From Podarcis erhardii (lineage: Eukaryota): a DNA stretch of 64,000 nt. The stretch is taken from the NCBI GenBank assembly GCA_964252035.1, contig OZ176204.1, one strand, 5' to 3'. Both the position numbers and the translations under genes were made by a program. This document shows positions 1 through 11,800 of the stretch, one piece after another. Numbering within the stretch: the first letter of the stretch is position 1; every line of letters begins with the position of its first letter. Below the pieces are notes generated by a model, which was not told where the DNA came from, ran no database searches, and worked only from the letters and a program-made list of their open reading frames with translations.

Positions 1-569
1 CTCATAAACAAGCAGGCCCTACCAATAAGCAAAGTAGGGAACTGCTTCAGGCCACAAATGCTGGGTGCCAGTGGCAGCAGCGCTTTAGCTGTTCCTCTTA
101 AGTCTCCTCCCCACCACCAGCCATTATCTTTGTGAAGGACAGAGCTTTATGGCTTATCTTGGACCTCAGGCAGCACAATGTCCTGGGTTGCCTGGTAATG
201 CTCTCTAAATTAGGGCAGAAACTGGACTATTCTAATGCACTAATATCATGAGATCAAGTGCTTTTAAATGGGTATGCTACCTTCTACAAAGAGCAGAACT
301 TGGTGGGCGGAACTTGTCCCCAAAATATATTCTAAACTTTGATAATTTAAAATCATACTCAGAATGTGTACATGAAATTAAGGATTACTTTTAACTGCCC
401 ACATAGAGAAAGATGGAGTCCGTCTTCTTAAGTGTTGAATACAAATAATATCATTGTGTCATTTTTGCTATAAACACTTTTGCAGACAAAGGTGCAATAA
501 ATAGGGGATTGCTGATTCAAGAACAAAGGAATACTATGATTTATGTTAACAGCAGAGAAGTCTCTTAGG

Positions 570-650
570 CAGTGCTTTTTTCTGGGGGGGAAAGGGTGCT
601 GGTACTGTGTACCCTTGAGTACCCCCCGTTTCCTCCAGGAAAAAACACTG
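570..650. mobile_element. 81-bp non-autonomous hAT-type MITE
   Basis: Imperfect TIRs CAGTGCTTTTTTCTGG / CCAGGAAAAAAACACTG; 8-bp TSD ctcttagg (562-569) and ctctcagg (651-658), one mismatch. Confidence 0.75.
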
Positions 651-968
651 CTCTCAGGACACATAAATGTTACAGCAAATGTCCAAAGTTTGGTTAAAGT
701 TTAGAGGTATTCAGCTACTGTGTTCCATCAGTGCAAGAATTTCTACTTGTGTGGCAGGACTTTCTGCCCTCTCCCTTCCCTTAGATTTAGGATTTAGACA
801 GGGTTCCATTGTGCAAGCAGAAATCCCTGCACTGATGGAGCATTCACTTAACACTATGTTGAATTCCACCCTTTCTATTCATGTGTAAATGCTCCAGACA
901 ATAGCTGTGCCCAACCTGAAAAGTCAGGTGCAGCCAACTCCCAATTTACACAGGGGTTACGTTCTAAG

Positions 969-1092
969 CAGTGCAATTTTTCTAGAAAAAGAGGTGCCAG
1001 AACTCACCATTAATGCCTCCCTTGTTCTCTTATAATGGCAATGGTGCCCACCTGCGGTGCTGGAACTGTGTTCCAGCTGAAAATAAACCATG
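969..1092. mobile_element. 124-bp hAT-type MITE with ends related to the 570-650 element
   Basis: Ends CAGTGCAATTTTT ... AAAATAAACCATG; 8-bp TSD gttctaag (961-968) and gttctgag (1093-1100). Confidence 0.7.
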
Positions 1093-1100
1093 GTTCTGAG

Positions 1101-1461
1101 GTACTGCAAGCATCGCTGAAATTGTGTATATTTGAAATACCATTGGAAAAGCCTGCAAACACCATCTAAACCACTGGAAATGCTTGAACAACTCTTTAAA
1201 AAACAGCAACACTTACGAGACACCAAATTCCACCACAATCACTCCCTTCAAACCTCCTTTCTCAAACTCCAACTCTTCACCGGCATCAGCTGTTGGTATA
1301 AGGGCTCCTGGGATTCCTAGGTGCTGTTTTCATGCCTTTTGCCTTTTTCTGGGCTCTTTAAGGGCCGTTTTTGCCATTTTGAAAGTCACTTCCAGGTTCA
1401 GCACGATGTGTGCATGTATAGTTGTGCATCAGTTCGATGTACGTAAGCTGGGAGTTGCCTG
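1101..1461. mobile_element. Tigger/pogo-like DNA transposon fragment, right end only
   Basis: Ends CGTAAGCTGGGAGTTGCCTG followed by TA, resembling a Tigger-type TIR and TA target site; left end not seen. Confidence 0.45.
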
Positions 1462-1704
1462 TATACACCAGTGAATGTTAAAAATTACCTATACGTGATT
1501 GGCAGCATTCATTGGTTGTGTATATCTGAAAAATGCAAGGCATATAAATATTTCTGGAAATTAAAGACATTACTTAGAATTGTCAGTGTTCATGTGTGAA
1601 TGTCAACATTCAGTGAATTTTGTTACAACTGATTTAATTATAGTTTATTTCAATGGATTTTAGTCATGACTGACAGTTGTTGATCCCCCACCCAAACCTC
1701 CCAG

Positions 1705-1990
1705 ACTAGTAGCCATGTCAGGTATGTTGCAGCAAAAACAACCAAGGGTCTTGTGGCACCTTAAAGACTAAAAATATATGTATTATGGCAAATCTTCCAT
1801 TGTCTACAGTCAACCACAGCAGATGCATGAAGCTTTATCTTGAGATATATATACACAGGCACACGCGCACACACCTGGGAGGGATTGCAAGGAGTGAGGT
1901 CAGAGGAAAATGAAATGCATAAAGAACAGAGACGGTGATAATTTTACAAAACAGTTGTTGATAAGATAGGCACCCTGGAATTAGGTCAGC
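1705..1990. mobile_element. Penelope-like retroelement fragment
   Basis: Contains gtcttgtggcaccttaaagactaa...cagatgcatgaag, which I recognise from sauropsid Penelope-like terminal repeats; boundaries approximate. Confidence 0.55.
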
Positions 1991-4900
1991 TAATTAACAC
2001 ATGAAATGTGATAATAGTAATAAATACCTTTGTCCCATTTCAAGTTGCAGTTGATAGCACTGAAGCTGTACTTTAATTTTAATTCAGTGGTTTCACATTG
2101 CAGTCTCCCTGTGAAGCTCTTTTCTTAAACAACAGCCATATTAGGGGCAGTTTTACAATATTTTATACAACAACTTTTGATTTTGTGATATCAGTTGTGT
2201 GGATAACATATGAAAAGATAGTTGCAATCACTTATATAACCAAAATGCAGTACAGATGCTCTGCCAGAGTTTTCTTCTTCTGCAATATTGTTTGAGCTCT
2301 TTTTCCCCTTCATTTCATTGAACAGAAGCCAAACTGTCTTTGCACTATGAACCAATTATTTTGGCTTATGCAGTAATAGTAGTAATTTTATTTACGGCCA
2401 TAGGCCCATACATTGGCTTATGCAACAAAAGATGTACCTGCAAAAGGACAGAATTTTCATAACAAAATAAACATTATCTTTTAAGTACTCACTCAGGACT
2501 CAGGTGGTTCAATAAAACTTAACCACCCTAAAATGAGCAGGGGGTTTTTAATTGAGCTTTTCAAAATTCATATATTTATAAATGTATTTTGTTCGTTTCT
2601 GAGCTTGGCTAAGACAATACAAACTTTGCAAAGCCGAAAAGACATCCCCAGAATCAGCACATAGTGTATGAGAACACTATTAAGCCAGAAAGCTGCTTCC
2701 TGTCCTTTGAGACTATTTAAAATATAGCTGCTCAAATCTCTGTGTGAGTTCCAGGAGAGAGCAGCATCAAAAGCACAACGTGGAGGGTGTGCTGCAGAAA
2801 TGTTAATAATGAAGGCTTTGAAGATTCACCAACTCAAATATTTAGTATTGGGAAACATACAACCCTGTGTGGTTCTCATATGTAGGCAAAACATGAACAT
2901 ACCTAGCAGCATTGATATCCTCATATTTTAGAATGACTGAAAATACTTTTTTAAAATTATGTCAGCTGACCAATGTCTGCTTCAAAATATGTTGGAAACT
3001 TGCTTTGAGTCAGAGAAATGTGATGTGTAATACAAATTGTGGATTTTCTTTTTAATAAGCTGCTCCAGAAGGATTTAAACACAGTTCTCTGAGAAGTGTT
3101 CTCATACCCTCTGTAAACTGTAACTGAGTTAATATGACAAGGAAAATCTAACAAAACTTTATAGCTGTTAAATTAAATACTGCACAAGCCGGTGGCCTTA
3201 TAGTCTACCAATTTGGAGTTGTTACATTTCCATTAAAATGGGTTTTTATCTTCATAATATGTGGTGCATACCTTCGCTAGGGAAAAAGGGGGGGAATAAA
3301 TGTTGCAATTTTAAATAATATTTTAAATGCATATAAAAGGAAATGTCAGAATGTTCAGCAAATGTATTTTCCCTCCTCCATTAAATAAATGCTTCAGAGT
3401 TGCATTGTGTGAGTATCTCTTTGACTGGCATGTAACTTGAAATTCCATATGAACAATCCAGGTAAGATTTGACACAAAACATTTTTTTCCTCACTGAGCA
3501 AGCGAGGTCCATGCAAGAACCAGATGAATATGTTTGGATCAGTACCCAATTCCATTGCTGTATCAGCAACGACAAGTACTGTAGAGATCAGATGCACATC
3601 TGAATGAGAGGCATTCCAGTAGGCTGATTCGGATCCCATTGTTCGTCTTGCTGTGTGTCACTCAGAAAAGGGGGTTGTACTGAATGCCAGAAAAAGGGCA
3701 CTTGATCATCTTTGCAGGCTGCTTAACTTAATCAGTTAATGCCTAATGTGTTTCTCCCCCTCCCCCTCAACAATATACAATATACAAGTTGATAAAGAGC
3801 AGCAAAACATATCAGGATTTATATTTTAAATTACCACTGCACCTTGGCTTTGCCCGCTGCATTCATATTGTAGCATGTGACAAAATCTGTATCAATGCTT
3901 TTCTGTAAAATCCTGGTGCCAGTAAGCAAATATTAGCTACACTTTTAGCAGCAGCATTCAGGTCTTGTGAACAACAGCAATTAAACGATCTTTTAAATAG
4001 CTACAAGTCTTCACATGGGGAAAGATTAAAGTTTTGGGATTCCTCCCCCACTCATAGTGCTGAAGGCATGTCACCCATGGTGTGCATTTCTCCCACTCAT
4101 TAGAAGGATATCTACCAGAGATCATTTTGGGTATTTTTGCAAGTGCTTAATGGACAGACCAAAGTCCTGGGAAAGGGGAGGAAGGCTATAGAGGGGGTGT
4201 TTTCTGGCCACCCATTCTGGGTAATGGATGCCATTACTGTATGTGGCTCTATGCATACCAAACAACATCAACAGGGCACAAGCCATAGAGGACACAAACT
4301 ATTTGCAATTGGTGACAATAATGGAGAAATGTTTTCAACTGGTAGCAGGCAAACCATACTTAGAATATTCAAAAGGCTAGTGAGGGATTACATTTTTAGA
4401 AGAGCTTTAGTATTTCACTAATAAGCTATTCTTTATTGCAGTAGTATGGCCACATTTAGAGAGATTAAAATCTTCTAGTATTTTTGTAGGCAAAGGCAAC
4501 TGTTAAATCTTGAGTTACATTTTATGTTATGTGCTGACATTTGGGTTATGTGCTGACATTTGGGCATGATCCAGCCAAAGTAAAACACTTAATAAAGTTG
4601 CACTTAATGCAGAGACCTTTTAAATGTCTTCTTGTTAGAAAGATTACTATCATGTTATCAGAAATGATAAAGGCACCTGATTCCTCCCCCCACCAGAGGA
4701 GCAAACAGCTTTTTGTGTGGCAGAAAAGGTTGAGGGTTGTAGCCAGCTGAGTTTTACTCAGGGTAGACCCACTGAAATTAATAGACCTAGGGTAGTCATG
4801 GCCATTCATTTCAACGTAGAACTAACATTGACCACAACTCTAAATGCCATCAAGGTCTACGCCATTTTCCAGATCAAATCAGCAGACTCCTATTGGCTTC

Positions 4901-5906
4901 ATATAGGCTGTGTGCATGCACGCCTGTTTGCTCTGCATCCAGAGAACTCCCACTGCTTTGGGAAGCCTTAGTCCCAATCTATCCTGCCTTTTCTTATGAA
5001 ATACTGTGTTTCATACTGTGTTCAGCTTCAATCTGAACTGAGAAAAAGAACCGTTCATCCATGTTTTAAGCTGGTGATACAACCTTAGAATAATAATATA
5101 CTTTAAAAACTCAGTAAAATCACCACAGACCTCCAAGCTTAATGTGTGATTAATTTTGCCCCATGGTGTCAGATGGGGAGCAATCCACAGATTGAATCTC
5201 CCACATAGAACTTCTACATAAATACACAGCAGCCGGGATTCCAGCCACTGGGGCCCTGTGAAATATCCCACCCACTGCATAAGAACAAGTATTGGCAGTG
5301 TGTATTTTCCTGTTGTGAACTTGATGGAAAGCAAATATCTGCCCCAAAGGTCTTGATATCCCGCTTTCTCCACACCACTTGATAAACCCCCTGCTTCCGT
5401 TACTTCAGTATGTTCAGCCTACTACTAACACCATAAATGACTGGACAATATTTCAAAAAAATTCAGAATATTGGTCATGATATATAATATTGGCATATCA
5501 CATCCCACTGATGGAAAGAATTTCCCTGCTGGCTCAATGCTAAAGTACAAGGTAAGGCACAAGGCTGTTCATTCTGAGTGTGTGAAAGATTTTCCACAGG
5601 CTTGCTCTTTTGCTGCTTGCTCAATTCAAACTCAATACATGCCTGGCTATAACAGTGGTATAATACAGCATATTAGAAAATGAAACCAGTTCAAAGGTTG
5701 CTTATAATGAGATGTGCTGATGTGTCCCCGATCCTAAGGCATGAGAAATAAAACCAGCCTTATGTTGAACATTTGCTGTTGTTACATTAACTACAAATTC
5801 CAAAAATAGTAGCCACAGCAGCACCTTTACTGGGTACATATAACTCCCACTATAGGAACCTACTTCTTTTAAAATGTAATAACATTTTGTACGAGAGAAA
5901 ACCATG

Positions 5907-5912
5907 TTTATT
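5907..5912 (-). terminator. ATOH7: Candidate ATOH7 polyadenylation signal (AATAAA)
   Basis: TTTATT on the plus strand about 600 nt 3' of the ATOH7 stop; not confirmed by transcripts. Confidence 0.4.
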
Positions 5913-6502
5913 TGTAGTTTAGTTTACAAAATTTCCTATGGCTTCAAGGAAACAGAACAATGTAAAAAAATACAGAATCAGCATAACCTACCAACTCTAA
6001 AGTCTCCATTTTCATGCAGTTATTTTATCATAAAGTCATTATCACATGAACTAATCTGATTTTACAGTCAGCACAGAGGAACATCTAAGCATTCCATAAA
6101 CACTATTTGAAACTAGCTCTATTTCGAGCATACGCCAGAGAAGTGGTAAGTTGTAGATGAGTTAAACCTACACAATTTGGTCTCAAAGAACCTGTTATGG
6201 CAAACTTACAAAGTTTAAGCTGCTTCTCTGAGGACTAAACAGTATGATTTCTGTTTTCTATTTTAAGATACACAATTAAATCAGGAAACAAAAATGCATC
6301 CTCAAAGTAGGAATTAATGAAGCATCGGAAAATGTTCCAAATCAATTTGTTCCAGGGAGCTCAGTGCGTTGCAGGCAAAGAACAAGGCTACAACAACCAA
6401 AGATTACCTTATGCAGCTGTTTTAAGTTCCTGTTCTCAAATACTTTTACACAAAAGACCAAGCGGGCCTTTGCAAGTCCACAGTGATTTCTTAATTGCCC
6501 AT

Positions 6503-6949
6503 TTAGTAGTGGTCTGGCTGGAAACTGAAAAGTCTCTGCGCATAAGGGTCTGTTTCAGCTGCCACCTTCTGCCCTGTGTAAGCGTGGCAACTCTCCTGGT
6601 GGAAATGCTCACAGTGAAAGTTAATCCAGCCTTTCTCTGCACTGTATCTCTCGGCTTCAGCGAGGATCCTCGTCAGGGCCATAATGTAACTCAGGGCCAT
6701 CTGAAGCGTCTCGTATTTGGACAGCTTTTTGTCTTGCCCCCACTGGGGGACCACTTTGCGTAGGCGGTCGAAGGCAGTGTTGAGCCCTTGCATTCTTCTC
6801 CTTTCCCTGGCGTTGGCAGCCAGCCTGCGCTTGGCAGTGCTCTCCACGCGCTCAGAGCCACACTTTGCTGCACAGACTGTTCCGTTTCGGCACTGGAGGT
6901 CCGTTTCCAAGCTAGCATCCATGCTGCTATTCAGTTTGCAGGGTTTCAT
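6503..6949 (-). CDS. ATOH7: Atonal bHLH transcription factor 7 (Ath5), single exon, 148 aa
   Basis: b[60 protein letters not shown] matches vertebrate ATOH7; C-terminal HCEHF and [10 protein letters not shown] motifs; synteny with PBLD. Confidence 0.99.
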   Translation of the reverse strand: MKPCKLNSSMDASLETDLQCRNGTVCAAKCGSERVESTAKRRLAANARERRRMQGLNTAFDRLRKVVPQWGQDKKLSKYETLQMALSYIMALTRILAEAERYSAEKGWINFHCEHFHQESCHAYTGQKVAAETDPYAQRLFSFQPDHY

Positions 6950-7545
6950 GTGGGATGCTTTTGCAAATAAACAAATGAATGAACCGCAGCCAATGAATGC
7001 GTTGGTAGACAGAAAGCTTTTGCTACAATTCTCCTTTTTTGTTCTGGTTTTAAAAAGAAAAAAAAACCCAGCTTCACCTGGAGTTCAAGAAGATGGACTT
7101 TTTTGGAAAAGCAACATCTCCCCACACTTGCAAAACAATACTGAGGCTTAAAATTGTTCCTTCACCCCTCAGATTAAAGACTGAAATCAGGAGTGCACAT
7201 GGCAATTAATTGGATGTTTTTATTTGTCTTCATTTCATTCTGTTTGGTAATGATGGGGGAATAAATGGCATCACTGCTCTCAAAAGTTCAGGTTTCAAAT
7301 GAACCAAAAAAAGGAGGAGGAGTCCTTTTAATCCAAAAAAAAAAAAAGTTTCAATGGACAGGGGGGAAAAAAATCTATTCCAATTGACTGTACAGTAACA
7401 GTTGGCAGAGAGAAATAAAGTCTTTGTGATTCTTCTTCAAGTGATGCTGTCTTATGCGGATGCTAAGACAGAGAGAGAAACCCTCTTGCTTCCTCCTCGG
7501 TTGCTAGTGTTGGTCAGTGAGCCTAAATTACAAGCAAGAGAAGTC

Positions 7546-7739
7546 TTTATAGAAGCACTGGCAAAAGCTGAACAGGTGGCAGCAGGTGGGTGGGCGGCCC
7601 TGTATTTCCATCCCAGCACCTTCCCACCCTGGGAACGACACAAAAAAACCTCCTCCAACAAAATCCTGACATTGCAGGCTTCATCTGTTGAAAAGTCTCC
7701 CAAAGCCATGTCTGTCCAGCACTAACAACTTGCCATCTG
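7546..7739 (-). promoter_or_regulatory. ATOH7: ATOH7 proximal promoter: TATA box plus four E-boxes
   Basis: TATAAA on the minus strand at 7546-7551; CACCTG at 7573-7578 and 7583-7588; CAGATG at 7682-7687 and 7734-7739. This matches the known Ath5 proximal promoter layout of a TATA box with upstream E-boxes. Confidence 0.8.
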
Positions 7740-8061
7740 GACTAGTGTCTGGCTGGCCCCATAAGAATCACGACAGCTAAGCAAAAGGTCTTTTCAGTGA
7801 ATAACCTTCTGCAGCTCAGCAAAAACCTTTCCTGACACATCACAGCATTGAGTCTGAATTTGCTTGAAAGTGCTTGGTTGGGAGAAGAAGCTGCTGCTAA
7901 TAAGGATATCTAAGCCCAAGAGGAAGAGAATTTGCAAATAGCTTTAAAGGAACACACAAACCTAACTGCAAAGTGAAGCATGTTGGGCATATGGCAGAGT
8001 TAGGGATTTTCCCAATTGCCACAGTGAGAAGTGTTATATTTCATAAAGCACTAATGAACCT

Positions 8062-8065
<4 letters not shown>

Positions 8066-8103
<38 letters not shown>
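8066..8103. repeat. (GT)19 microsatellite
   Basis: Directly visible. Confidence 0.98.
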
Positions 8104-8105
<2 letters not shown>

Positions 8106-8579
8106 TTGCTTATATATATTTGAACCGAACTTTAAATATTTATAATATTCAAATTATTTTAAAAAATGGATTTAGAAATCCACCTTACAGTTGCCTCAGG
8201 ATGCATACTACAGATTTCATATAAATATACATTCTTGACCTCCAGCAAAAATATATAGAAACACCCTCTTCACATCTATTTCAAGCAGCCAGATCAACAT
8301 CAAGCAAAGTATTGACTAGTGCCTTGTAAGCCTGCTTAATACATAATAAAGAAGTCTGTCAAACAAAAGACTAATTACAAGAAATACTGACAATGAAATT
8401 GTTGAATTATCGTATGTTCACTTTTTAGGCTACTTATTATACGTATAGAGGTTGAAGAATATTTTTGTAGCTTATTTTAGTTTTATTGTGAGGATGTTTC
8501 CTCCCCACGCCTTTCAAATATTTTCTCCTCCAAATGTGCTGTGTGTTACAAAGCAAAGCAACAATGTTTTATATATATT

Positions 8580-8830
8580 TTCAGACTAATTAAATTGTTA
8601 CCGAGTATTTATGGACGAGTCATCTTTTCATTCAGACTTGTAACATGGCATTTTGATCTAAAACTGTAGACCAATTGTTCCCACTATGACTCCAAAACAT
8701 CATGTGGTTGCAAACAGTTGATTAATCCTTCACAGAGGCAATGACAATGAATGAAGTTGAATAATCTGAAAACAATAGGATGCAATTGAGCATTAGTGGA
8801 CTCCAGCATGACAGATGTTGAACCTAGTCT
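8580..8830. promoter_or_regulatory. ATOH7: Candidate ATOH7 distal (primary) enhancer
   Basis: Dense TAATTA, TAATCC/TAATCT, ACAAT (Sox) and E-box motifs (CATGTG, CAGTTG, CAATTG, CAGATG) about 1.6-1.9 kb upstream of the ATG, in non-repeat-like sequence. Confidence 0.5.
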
Positions 8831-11800
8831 GTTAGGCACCGTCACTCTGCTCCTAATATTCTGCATCCTAAATGGTGTAGTTAATATGGGCACCCGACCA
8901 CCCCCATTATTTCATTAGCAAAATGTCTGGTACATTTTCAATTTTTAAAGAACTGTATTATGTTCTCGTTCCAGCAAGATCATTACTTGTTCTTTCAACT
9001 GTGCACTGATTGTTTTCCCCTCCATCATTTGCTTTCCTAACAACCTCTTGTGATTTAGATATAAACAGATGGAAAATATAATTTAAGATTGTCATGAAGC
9101 TGTTTATTTCCACCCCGGAGCATCAGATATGTACTTAAATTCCAGCAAACATTCAAACTGGAAATATGCACAAAATTTTCACAAATAGTTATAGCTGCAC
9201 AAAGGTTTGTAAAATGAGCAATCACATTATTACCACATTGGAACAGAAACTTAGACATGGCCCTTTCTTATGGCTAATCAAACTGCAATTGAGTCTCGTT
9301 TACAACCCCGTGGTTTGCTTTATTTGGCTCATCTTTCAAAATCATTTATTTATTCACTGTGGTTTTTGTAAAAGCACATGCTAGGCTACTAGATCAAATC
9401 AGTGTTTATTGGAAACAGGAACCACTACTCAAAAATAGGCTGCAAGTCTGTTAATAACTGCTTGCTTGCTTGCTAGTACTTTATCTAGGATCATAATGGT
9501 ATGTGACATTTCATAAACAAAGTTAAGCAAAGAAAGATAGGCCCTTGTCCCAAGAGTTTGGAGTCAAAATTTCAACAATGGGGTAAACAACAAAGAGAGC
9601 AGGACTAAGGATGCGAAATGAAAGTTTAACAGAGGGTGGATATAAGCAAATATAGTTTCATCTTACGATTCAGCTACACAGCTGCAACTAAAACATTTTA
9701 AATGTGTTGTAAAGTGCAATATACAAATATGACACTAGATGGCAACAGTGAACTATGCAAAATTCAATGTATTTTTAAAAACGTTTTTTAAAAAAGCATT
9801 TTCACAGCATTTTTTATATGTGTGTAGATACCACCTTCCTTAGGAACACAGGAAGCTACTTTATACTGAGTCAGTTGCTTCTGGATCCCCTCTGGGATCA
9901 GGGGGCCCTGAAACCTAAGCTTCACTAGGTCCACAGTAGAGCTGCCCTTTGGCCTTGCACTCGTTGTTGGACTCCATCTCCCCTCAGACCCAACTAAGCA
10001 TGGCCAATGACCAGGGATGGTGGGAATTGTATTCTAGCAATATCTAGAGGGCCACAGGTTCCCCCCACTTGCCTTATATCCAAGATCCAATTTATTATAA
10101 TAAAACCAGTTCTATGTGCCCAATTAGCAAGGTATAGGGAAGGAGTAGTCTTTTGTACCAGCCTGTTTCCTAGCTTGGCTGTTTGGACAAGAAACAGGGA
10201 AGGCACCAAAGATATGCCAGATGTATTATAAACAACTTAACCCAAAGTCTATATAAGTAATAATAATTATTGCAGACTGGCATCCTAAATAGGAATTCCT
10301 CTAAGATTTCCACTTACCAAGTGGTAATTCAACAGGATGGGCATGAAATCACATTTTAGAAGGCCAGGTATCTGTAACATCTGTTTTGGAATTGTTTTTA
10401 GACTTTTTTTAGATGTGTAAATTGTTTTATCATTTGTGCACTTTCTGTCCTGGCAGAGGTGGTTTTAGAGTCACGCGACCAGTTCGGCTGCACTGGGCAA
10501 CGTGCTGCAGGGGGCACCACAAGAATGCTGTAGAACGGAGTGAGAGAGTCAGGGGGTGCTGAAATATAAGAGCCCAAAATCCGCCACTGCTCTTGGGCTC
10601 CTGTGGGAGCAATGGTAGGATATAAATTTATTTAAATGAATAAAGAAATCCTGCTATATGGCACGGAGAATTTGACCCTCCACATTCTTAATTATTGTTG
10701 TTTAATTGTGTGCAGTACTAGCATGTGCCACTTTAGTAGGATGTTATAGACTAGCTTATTGAGCGGTTGGATGCTCTCCGTGGTAAATTACCGCTTGGTC
10801 AATGGTGTTCTGTATTCACCTAGCTAAGGTTCAGCATCATTAGGTCAGCGATATCCAATGTGGTACCCGCCATATGTTGTTGGACTACAACTCCCATCAG
10901 CCCCAGCCAGCGTAGCCAATGACCAAGGATGATGGGAATTGTTTTGGAAGGCACCACATTGGCTCACCTTCTCATAAACAATGTCATAATCCATTGCTTG
11001 GTCTGTCAACCGTTCAACTGTCAGAGATGCATTACCATAACTGTACTGCGATGGTGGATGACAGAGGCCTATTATTTTTTAATTCAGGGTTATTTTCTTG
11101 TGCAAATGGGCATAAAATTACAACCTAGAGTTTCTCATTGATTTCCAATTGGCACAGTACGCCAGATGCTGTTTGGTCTAAGTGCTGCTTTGACCTCCAC
11201 TAGTGATGCGGACTGCCTTTCTGCTTTCTTGCGTAGCCTTTTCTCAGCAGGGTGGCCCCCACCTTTTACTAAAGGCTTATAGGTTATCCATATGTTCCAG
11301 TGGAGTAGCGGGCCTGACTGGAATTAAGTTAGAAGTGGCGTCCAGTGTTATGGATGCAACTGGCCCAGAAGAGATTATAAATGCCCCTGACCTAATTAAA
11401 TATTTTGCCCCCTGCTGATAAACAAAAGAAAATGAAGGTGAAAAATAATGACGAAACATACAATTTCTCTAGGATCTTTAAGTAGCTAGACAATGGCAGC
11501 TCTAGGGCCAGTAATGCATGCTTTAAAAGTCTCTAATGGGGCAAACCAGTGGCACAAATGAGACCTGATTATTTTGTTAAGTTGTTAGTTCACAATCAAC
11601 ATTCAGAGCAATTTGCAGCTGAGAGAGATTCAAGCTATCATTACAAAACTTAAAAATTCCCCTGCCCCAATGCCCAAATATTCTGAGCTAATGTCTAACC
11701 TAAGTTTGGCTACATAATTGTCGGCACTCACTGCTTGAGTTTGCCATTAGAATGAGTTGATGAGTGATGATACTGTCTAGCTGAGTTCCACATACTCCAG

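Noticed and set aside
5011-5373. 120-aa minus-strand ORF
   Set aside because: No recognisable domain, no splice context and no family resemblance; likely a chance ORF.
1-6300. MYPN 3' exons, expected from synteny
   Set aside because: No frame resembling the MYPN C-terminal Ig domain or tail was found; the gene probably ends before the window.
6317-7151. 148-aa and 144-aa plus-strand ORFs overlapping ATOH7
   Set aside because: Antisense shadows of the ATOH7 codon pattern, with no independent protein features.
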